Origin: an uncultured Lachnospiraceae bacterium | Lineage (GTDB): Bacteria > Bacillota > Clostridia > Christensenellales > UBA1242 | Length of the DNA stretch: 64,000 nucleotides | Direction: 5' to 3' | Assembly (NCBI GenBank): GCA_964606505.1 | Contig: CAZSGM010000001.1 | Span: forward strand, 18,859 to 82,858 | In this document: positions 55,622 through 64,000 of the stretch, in pieces | Layout: each line of letters begins with the position of its first letter | How positions within the stretch are numbered: position 1 is the first letter of the stretch | Translations under genes and position numbers: made by a program | The notes under the pieces: generated by a model | The model's database searches: none | Seen by the model: the letters and a program-made list of their open reading frames with translations, nothing else | Told to the model about the DNA's origin: nothing

Positions 55622-57403
55622 ATGTGGCTTTTGGCGTTGCTGTCCTGCGTTGGACTAATGATTTGCGGAACACCTGTCCAAGGCGACCCGCCGAATCGCG
55701 ACGAACTCCAACTAACAACGCAACCCGTTGTTACTGCCGCCGCCGCGCCTCTTTTTTCGGGCGCGGGTACGGAGACCAATCCTTACAAAATCTCGTCAGG
55801 CGAAGATATGATAGCATTGTCAACGACAACGGACTATTCGACATACTGGGGGACTTCTAGCAAAACAGTTTACTACAAACTTACAAAAGACATTACGGTA
55901 ACAGCTGACACTTGGACGCCTATAGGGAATGGAACAAATAAATTTTATGGCGTTTTTGACGGCTGCGGAAAAACTATTACTATTCAAGCGCAATCAGGTT
56001 CAGACATCACAATAAACACTGTTGATACGGGAAATATTCAATATGTGGGACTATTTGGCTGCGCCGACGAAAATAGGTCATTGATAGCAAATCTAATTAT
56101 TAGCACCACGACATCCCTAAACTATACGTTAAAAAATTGTAGCAACTCATATAATCCTAGTGATAATAACATCGCTTATATTGGGTACCTTGGGGGCTAT
56201 TTGCCTTCGATTTACAATATATCTATTGACTATGTGAAACTAAGCATTTCTGGTCCATCAAGTGATGTCTATTTTGGAAAAATAGTTGAAGGTTTGGTTG
56301 CGGGTTATGGGGGAGGGTGCGAAGACAAGAATAATGAACTATGTAATATTTCTGCATATGGGAGTTTGTATGGAAGTGGTATATCATCAACTCTTAGTGT
56401 GTATTATTTATATTTTGGTGGAATTGTTGGGGAATTGGAGCCAACAAGTTCAAATACATTAACAATCAAAAATTGTGTAGTTAGAAATTTTTGGGAGATC
56501 TGCAATGGTATTTATATTACAGCTTACGTTGGGGGATTAGTTGGGTATGTAGGAACTACTGGAACTAAAATAATGGTTTCTAATTGTCTTGTTGATGATC
56601 TTGATGTGAGTAATACTTACTCATCTCATACCACTTGGCTTTATGCAGGTGGGATTATTGGGTACTGTGATCTTCAGTCAGGGAGTTCATTTAAGCACTG
56701 CTATCTTACTGGGAGCATTAACTTAGACATCGACTCACGGGGATATGCTCAGGGCAAGTTGGCTACAATTGCTGCACCCTATGGAGTAGGTGCTACTATT
56801 ACCATCGAAGATTGCTTGTATGCGTTAACCTATAGTGTTGGCAATGATACTGATGCTGCTTTAATAGAGGGTACATATGATTCAGCTATGGATTTTTGTG
56901 ATGTAGATTGGGTGCCTGAGCATTTTACTAGCGAGAATGAGTGGAGTACGGACATTTGGTTAATTGAACCAGATGACCCTGATTCGCCAGAGGAGTATAC
57001 TATTTCCTTAAATGTCGCAGGAATTTATAGGACGGAACATCCAGTGGTTGGCACGGCGTTCACTGTAACATTTTCAGCTGACACGCCAAAGGGTGGGTTG
57101 TTCCTTTATGTGCTTTGCATAGACAGCACAGGTGCAAGCAAGTACTCCGAAATCCGTCAGTACTACTTTGAGGGGGCAAATGAAACCGAAACTATTTACT
57201 ACGAACTCACGCAAGGCGCAACCTACAAAGTACTAATAAGCAAACCTTATGTTTGGGAGTTTACAATTGAAGGAACGGACGGTATATCGGGGACAGCGGC
57301 AAACGGGCAATTCACTTTTACCGCGCCTGCTCCTGATGTAGGCGGAACTGTTACAATAGAAGCCTCAGGGGGTACATCACCAAACAACTTCGCTGTCGTG
57401 TAA
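55622..57403 (+). CDS. secreted or lipid-anchored GLUG-motif repeat protein
   Basis: Signal peptide MWLLALLSCVGLMICG. Repeated G(L/I)(F/V/I)G motifs (YVGLFGCAD, FGGIVGEL, VGGLVGYVG, AGGIIGYC). Beta-rich C-terminus. Confidence 0.7.
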   Translation: MWLLALLSCVGLMICGTPVQGDPPNRDELQLTTQPVVTAAAAPLFSGAGTETNPYKISSGEDMIALSTTTDYSTYWGTSSKTVYYKLTKDITVTADTWTPIGNGTNKFYGVFDGCGKTITIQAQSGSDITINTVDTGNIQYVGLFGCADENRSLIANLIISTTTSLNYTLKNCSNSYNPSDNNIAYIGYLGGYLPSIYNISIDYVKLSISGPSSDVYFGKIVEGLVAGYGGGCEDKNNELCNISAYGSLYGSGISSTLSVYYLYFGGIVGELEPTSSNTLTIKNCVVRNFWEICNGIYITAYVGGLVGYVGTTGTKIMVSNCLVDDLDVSNTYSSHTTWLYAGGIIGYCDLQSGSSFKHCYLTGSINLDIDSRGYAQGKLATIAAPYGVGATITIEDCLYALTYSVGNDTDAALIEGTYDSAMDFCDVDWVPEHFTSENEWSTDIWLIEPDDPDSPEEYTISLNVAGIYRTEHPVVGTAFTVTFSADTPKGGLFLYVLCIDSTGASKYSEIRQYYFEGANETETIYYELTQGATYKVLISKPYVWEFTIEGTDGISGTAANGQFTFTAPAPDVGGTVTIEASGGTSPNNFAVV

Positions 57404-57487
57404 CCAATACTCTTTCTTGAATTAGTTTTGCAATGTGGGAATGTAAAAATAAGGCTGCATTAATTATATTCTCATAAAAATGCGCTA

Positions 57488-57605
57488 CTTTGAAAACTTT
57501 CTAAAATCAACTAGTTTTCAAAGCACGTTTTGAAAACTCTATATTTTCAACCACTTTTCAAAGTGTATTTTGAAAAGTGGTTGACTTTTTTATTTTTCAA
57601 AGTAT
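57488..57605. repeat. array of seven TTTTCAAAG / CTTTGAAAA elements in alternating orientation, overlapping a promoter
   Basis: CTTTGAAAACT (57488) pairs with AGTTTTCAAAG (57513), which also pairs with TTTGAAAACT (57529). A perfect 12-bp-arm inverted repeat lies at 57551-57580. TTGACT (57581), 16-nt spacer, TATAAT (57603). Confidence 0.8.
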
Positions 57606-57627
57606 AATATTGGTAATAAGGTGCAAA

Positions 57628-58062
57628 ATGATAGCGAGAAAGAGTTATATTGACAGAATAAAATCGTATAAAGATATGCAGTTAATAAAGGTTATTACGG
57701 GGATAAGAAGATGTGAAAAGTCTACGCTGCTGAAGTTATACAAGGATGAGTTGATAGCGAGCGGGGTTGACGAAAGTCAAATCACGTTTATCAACTTGGA
57801 AGAGAAAGAAAACGAGGGGTTGAAGCAGGTTGACGCTTTGTATGATTACTTGAAAGGTAGGCTTGTTGCGGGCAAAATGAATTACATTTTTGTTGATGAA
57901 GTTCAGGAGTGTGCGAATTTTCAAATTGCGGGAGATAGTTTGTTTGTCAAGGATAACGTGGATATATACGTAACGGGGTCTAACGCGCATATGTTATCTG
58001 GCGAACTTGCAACTCTCCTTTATTTTGGATTTTTTGTTAAACAAAAGGAATATTTAATTTAG
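57628..58062 (+). pseudogene. truncated and decayed AAA_14/DUF4143-family ATPase
   Basis: N-terminal ~130 aa match the family (IKVITGIRRCEKSTLL ... FVDEVQ ... YVTGSNAHML). The Walker A GKS is changed to EKS, and the ORF ends where ~270 more residues are expected. Confidence 0.6.
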
Positions 58063-58073
58063 TGAGGTAAAAA

Positions 58074-58433
58074 ATGGAATACGAAATGAAGCTGCGGGCG
58101 GTGTATTTTGAGAAAATTAGGAGTGGGCAAAAAGTTTACGAGATTAGGCTCAATGACGAGAAACGCCAGTTGCTCAAGGTGGGGGATGTCATTATTTTTA
58201 GAAAAGAGGAAAACCTTGAAGAAGCGTTGCGGGCAAGGGTTGCTGACTTAATTTATTTTGAGTCGTTTGAGGCGATGGTTGGCGCGCTCGGAACGCGAGA
58301 GATTGGGTTTGGCGATAGTGCTGCGGGCGAAGTCGTGGATGTTTATCACGGATTCTACTCGGTTGAGGATGAGCGCAAGTTCGGGGTTGTTGCGATAAAG
58401 GTGGAGGTTGAAACGAGCACGGGTGGCGCGTAG
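58074..58433 (+). CDS. ASCH-domain protein
   Basis: MKLRAVYFEKIRSGQKVYEIRLNDEKRQLLKVGDVIIF is a typical ASCH N-terminus. Confidence 0.75.
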   Translation: MEYEMKLRAVYFEKIRSGQKVYEIRLNDEKRQLLKVGDVIIFRKEENLEEALRARVADLIYFESFEAMVGALGTREIGFGDSAAGEVVDVYHGFYSVEDERKFGVVAIKVEVETSTGGA

Positions 58434-58511
58434 GTAGGTACGCTTACGGTGGCGCGGATAGTTGGTGGTGCGGGCATTTATTGCGGTGCGGGGGGATTTA
58501 AAGATAAAAAA

Positions 58512-58539
58512 AGCGAGTTCCACAAGAACTCGCTTTTTT
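58512..58539 (+). terminator. intrinsic terminator after the ASCH gene
   Basis: AGCGAGTTC-CACAA-GAACTCGCT followed by a T run. Confidence 0.8.
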
Positions 58540-58563
58540 AGAAACAGAAACAGAAACAGAAAC
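58540..58563. repeat. (AGAAAC)x4 hexanucleotide microsatellite
   Basis: Four perfect tandem units immediately after the terminator. Confidence 0.9.
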
Positions 58564-58624
58564 GGGTTGAGGCGCAGGGGTTAGGTGGTAAAACTGGAGC
58601 GTGCCAAATTTTGGGTTAGGGGTG

Positions 58625-59176
58625 TTAGTTATTTAGGGAGAAGTCGTTAAACTTTAGGGACGAGTCGGAGTTTGGGTTTGTGTCGGCGTTGGTGTTGGAT
58701 GTCGATTTTGAGTCAGTGGTTGTGTTTGGTGTAGTGTTGGAGCTTGGCGCGGCGTTGGCGTCGGTCGGAGAGTTTTCGGCAAGTATGGGTTTTGCGCGAA
58801 ACGCAAAGATTGTGGCAAGTAAGAACATCGCAAAACTAGGGATAAAGGCGGCAATTCCGAGCGAAAACTCTTGCAGCGAGACAAGTAGGTCAATAAAGAC
58901 GGCAAACGAGAGGACGGTTGCGGTCAAGTAGAGAAACGCCGAAATGCGGGCGCGCCTGAGTACATATGCCGACGCGACAATGCCGATGATGACGCTCGCG
59001 AGTGTAACAGCCATTAGCGCGACAACCGAAATGACAAACAGTGCGCTGCCGTCGCCGAGGTCTGCGCTGATACTGCCGACGATGTAAAGGAAAATCAAAA
59101 TCAATATGCAGCCCAAGCTGAAAATACTCCCTAAAATGCCAAGCACGAGCGCGGGAATGCTCTTTGTTTTTTGCAT
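58625..59176 (-). CDS. hypothetical 4-TM membrane protein with a Thr/Asn/Pro/Ser-rich tail
   Basis: Start at ATG (MQKTKSIPALVLG), 4 nt after AGGAGG. Confidence 0.6.
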   Translation of the reverse strand: MQKTKSIPALVLGILGSIFSLGCILILIFLYIVGSISADLGDGSALFVISVVALMAVTLASVIIGIVASAYVLRRARISAFLYLTATVLSFAVFIDLLVSLQEFSLGIAAFIPSFAMFLLATIFAFRAKPILAENSPTDANAAPSSNTTPNTTTDSKSTSNTNADTNPNSDSSLKFNDFSLNN

Positions 59177-59550
59177 AACGCCTCCTTGTTTAATGGTTAT
59201 CATTAAATATTTACAATTAGATTGTAACATTTTATTTTATTTTGCGCAACTAATTTTGTTACTATTCGCGGGCTTGTGTTGTTTTTCGTGGGTGGCTTCT
59301 GTTGCGGTAGTTTGTGCGTGTTTTGCCCGCGTATGTGTGGGCTTTGCGAAAAAATGCTCGGGTTGTTGCGTTTGCAAAATATTTGAGTTTCCGCGTGTGA
59401 AATTGCGGCACGCGAAGTTTTGGTTTGTTGCTGCAGTGGCAACCTTTTTCGGTGGAGTTGAAAAACTTTTTTTGACAGCAACCGAGTTTGCACGCGGTTT
59501 AGCTGTGTTTGAGGTTGAGCGAGTGGGGCGGGAACAACGGGCGGCGATGC

Positions 59551-59577
59551 AAGGCGCAAAGTAACAAAGTTTGCGCC
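59551..59577 (+). other. third hairpin with the AAGGCGCAAA ... TTTGCGCC stem, upstream of the collagen-like gene
   Basis: AAGGCGCAAA-GTAACAAAG-TTTGCGCC followed by TTTATAAT. Same stem as the 32-bp repeat but a different loop. Confidence 0.6.
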
Positions 59578-59611
59578 TTTATAATAAAATGACAATAGGA
59601 GTATCATTTAA

Positions 59612-61441
<1,830 letters not shown>

Positions 61442-61568
61442 AGAGTAAAAGTGCGGTCTTAGTAAGTGTTAAGGATAAATGTTTTAAATGGTTTAATTTA
61501 AGAAATGCCGTTATATTTGTTGTTTTGCCTTAAATGGTTATATAAATATAAACGCTTATTTTTGCAAA

Positions 61569-61594
61569 GACGACACTATGTTGTCGTTTTTTTT
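61569..61594 (+). terminator. intrinsic terminator after the collagen-like gene
   Basis: ACGACA-CTATGT-TGTCGT followed by T8. Confidence 0.7.
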
Positions 61595-61717
61595 GCGAAA
61601 CTTTTTGAGCGAGGCGAAAAGGCGCAACAAATCTTGAGGCTGGGATAGACGCGCGGGCGTTTGTGCGGCAATCGACAAAACTTGCCAGAGCAGCGCAAAA
61701 ATTGTCTTACGTAACGC

Positions 61718-61746
61718 TTGACTCAAAATGTAAAAACTTGTATAAT
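61718..61746 (+). promoter_or_regulatory. consensus-like SigA promoter of the transglutaminase-like gene
   Basis: TTGACT, a 17-nt spacer, TATAAT. Confidence 0.7.
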
Positions 61747-61773
61747 AGTTTGATTTTAATTTGGAGGGACAAA

Positions 61774-64000
61774 ATGACAAAACAACAAGTTGGTTTTATG
61801 AAATATGTTGCGGTCGTTGTAGTGTGCTTGTTTGCGCTGCTTATTGTTGCAGGCAATGCAAGGGCTAACGCTTCTTGCGTGCAGGCGGCGAGTGCTGAGA
61901 GCACATTTAGTTACTATTCACAATTGAGCGACAACGCGAAAAAGTTTTATGACGCAATCGGGAAAATGAACAAGAACGGGGCGCTTTTGAGCGGGAATGA
62001 AAAGTTTGACTTGATTGCAAATAAGGTTTTGACTGAAAGTCAGGTTAAGAATTTTCAAAACGGGTCAAGCAAACTGCTCAAGGAATTTGGCGCAGGTAAG
62101 GACGCGTTTTACCTCGACCACCCCGAGATTTTCTACATAAATTTCGACAACCTCTCGCTTAGTTTTGCCACCCAAAACGGTAAATACACGGCGCACATTG
62201 ACGCGGGGCGTCGCGCAACTTACTATTTAGATGGTTACACAACGGAAGTGGGTGTTGAGGCGGCGAAAACAGAGTTAAACAACGTTTTAACTGGCAGAGT
62301 TAACGCACTAAACGCAGTTGCGGGCGCGGACGAAAAGGTTAAGGTTGCAAACGAAATTGTTTGCGACGCTGTAACTTACGATTTCTGCGCAAGCGAGCCA
62401 GACAAGGCGGCTGCAATTCGCACGGCTTACGGCGCGCTTGTTAACGGCAAGGCAGTGTGCGAGGGTTATGCGCGCGCGTTCAAAACACTTATGGACTCAC
62501 AAAACATTGAGTGCGTCATTGTTGTTGGTTATTTCTACAACGATAACGGGCAACTTGAGCCTCACGCGTGGAACAACGTTAGGCTTGACGGCAAGTGGTA
62601 CTTGGTTGACTGCACGATGAACGACAGTGCAAAAGCTACGGATACATACACATTGTTGGGGTCTGAAAGTGCGATTGAGTACGAGCCAAACGGCGTGATT
62701 TCGTCGTCAGGGTTTGAGTTTGAATACCCAGTTTTGGCGACCTACAACTACGGGCTTGAGGCGTTGCAAACTCAAGTGAATTATGATAACGGCACAATCT
62801 CTGCAAAGTATGAGGGCAAAACCGCTCTTGAGTTAGTAGAAGAGGGTAAGTATATTTTGTGCGCTCACGAAACGGATGAGGGTTGGTCAAACTACTATTC
62901 GTTGGCGGTTCAAAATTTAACCGAGGCACATTTTAATGTGCATTGCTTGAGTACAAAATTTATTGCGACAACACAGGCTCCAACAGATACTACGGGGATT
63001 TACGCGTCAATTGAAGAAGATAAAATCTTTGCAAAAAGCGACGTTATCTACAATGAGCAATACGACGTAACTGCTTATACTCCAAATGTGAGAAGTGTAA
63101 GTCCGTCAAACACTGCGATTCTTGACGCGCGCAACACTTACTTAATTACGATTGAATACGACAGCGTGCTCCAAAAGGAAGATGAAAGCAAACCTGTCGG
63201 CATTAAAGTTTATAGTGAAAAGGATAGCGAGTTGCAAAAGTATGTAACAATTGAGGATGTAACTTTTGACGGCGCTAAAAAGGTAAGTTTTAAGATTACG
63301 CCAAGTAAAATGTACAAGCACGACACACTTTCTTACCACATGACACCTACTAACCTAGTTAGTTCGGCAAACGGGGCAAATCCGCGTACTGTTTCGTACG
63401 TGTTTGCAAAACCGTGGTCAGTGTGCAGCAAGGTTTACGACAACGGCAGATTGTATATGGATGTTTACGGCGAGCCAACATTGATTGACAACCAAGATTT
63501 GAGTTTGACAGGATTTGTCGACGAGAGTGGCAAGCAAATTGCAGAGTCGCAAAGAAGCCAACTTGTTATGGTAGCTTCCAAGCCAAGCGACGAAACGGCT
63601 AGTGATATGATGGATAGTTCGCTTGACAAGGCAGGCGTAACGGAGAAGGACGTTAAGGCAAGTGCGACTTACGAACTTGACCTGCACGTTTGCGGCGTTG
63701 TACAACAAATTCCTGAGGGGTCTTACTTAAAACTCGCGTTTGGGTTCCCTGATGGATTTAGCGCAAAGGATAAGGGGACGACCTTTAAGGTTTACCACTT
63801 TAAGCGTGGTGCAGACGGCAAGATTGACCCAACGAAAACTGAGGAAATCCCTTGCGTTGTTACCGAGTATGGGTTGGTTGTTGTTGTGAATAGTTTTAGT
63901 CCGTTTATGGTTATGGCACTTGACAGCAGTAAGGCTACAAGTGGGGACGCAAGCGAGAGCAAGAGCGTTTACGCATACGTTACAAGCACGGGCGGAAAGG
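61774..64000 (+). CDS. secreted transglutaminase-like (Transglut_core) domain protein, partial (runs off the window)
   Basis: Not in the track because there is no stop in the window. GGAGGG SD, signal peptide MTKQQVGFMKYVAVVVVCLFALLIVAG. Catalytic pattern GKAVCEGYARAF ... EPHAWNNVRLDGKWYLVDCT. Frame checked open at several points through to 64000. Confidence 0.75.
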   Translation, partial: MTKQQVGFMKYVAVVVVCLFALLIVAGNARANASCVQAASAESTFSYYSQLSDNAKKFYDAIGKMNKNGALLSGNEKFDLIANKVLTESQVKNFQNGSSKLLKEFGAGKDAFYLDHPEIFYINFDNLSLSFATQNGKYTAHIDAGRRATYYLDGYTTEVGVEAAKTELNNVLTGRVNALNAVAGADEKVKVANEIVCDAVTYDFCASEPDKAAAIRTAYGALVNGKAVCEGYARAFKTLMDSQNIECVIVVGYFYNDNGQLEPHAWNNVRLDGKWYLVDCTMNDSAKATDTYTLLGSESAIEYEPNGVISSSGFEFEYPVLATYNYGLEALQTQVNYDNGTISAKYEGKTALELVEEGKYILCAHETDEGWSNYYSLAVQNLTEAHFNVHCLSTKFIATTQAPTDTTGIYASIEEDKIFAKSDVIYNEQYDVTAYTPNVRSVSPSNTAILDARNTYLITIEYDSVLQKEDESKPVGIKVYSEKDSELQKYVTIEDVTFDGAKKVSFKITPSKMYKHDTLSYHMTPTNLVSSANGANPRTVSYVFAKPWSVCSKVYDNGRLYMDVYGEPTLIDNQDLSLTGFVDESGKQIAESQRSQLVMVASKPSDETASDMMDSSLDKAGVTEKDVKASATYELDLHVCGVVQQIPEGSYLKLAFGFPDGFSAKDKGTTFKVYHFKRGADGKIDPTKTEEIPCVVTEYGLVVVVNSFSPFMVMALDSSKATSGDASESKSVYAYVTSTGGK

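Overview
Replication-origin region of a low-GC, Spo0A-encoding Firmicute chromosome (Clostridia-like spore former). LEFT (1-33 kb, genes almost all on the minus strand): pepF fragment, archaeal-type aspS, and an AT-rich ~4.6 kb lasso-peptide (RiPP) cassette. The cassette holds a B2 protease, an Asn-synthetase-like cyclase, a PqqD-like RRE, a 38-aa precursor candidate and a BpsA/DUF43-like transferase, and is bracketed by a perfect 32-bp direct repeat. Next come an MMPL/RND transporter, NUDIX, XRE, HAD, a catalytically degenerate Rho paralogue, scpAB, an S2P protease, rplJL, spo0A, flavoproteins, degV, radC, rmuC, cca and jag-yidC-yidD-rnpA-rpmH. MIDDLE (33-56 kb): a non-canonical origin layout. 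The order is rpmH <- [8 perfect DnaA boxes] <- dnaN, a 2.8 kb very AT-rich AGTACT-iteron array, then dnaA -> mnmE -> mnmG -> [1 kb gap, no rsmG] -> parA -> parB -> [3.75 kb gene-free stretch with 3 perfect parS] -> greA. More than half of 33-56 kb is non-coding. A 14-bp palindrome, GTTAAGTACTTAAC, recurs six times (five perfect, one 13/14), each close to DnaA boxes. RIGHT (53-64 kb): a tRNA-fMet/Met/Glu operon, DUF5131, a GLUG surface protein preceded by a G12 tract, a decayed AAA ATPase, ASCH, a BclA-like collagen protein and a transglutaminase-like secreted protein that runs off the window. No rRNA, CRISPR, transposase or integrase was seen. All calls come from reading the sequence and recalling family motifs; no database search was possible.
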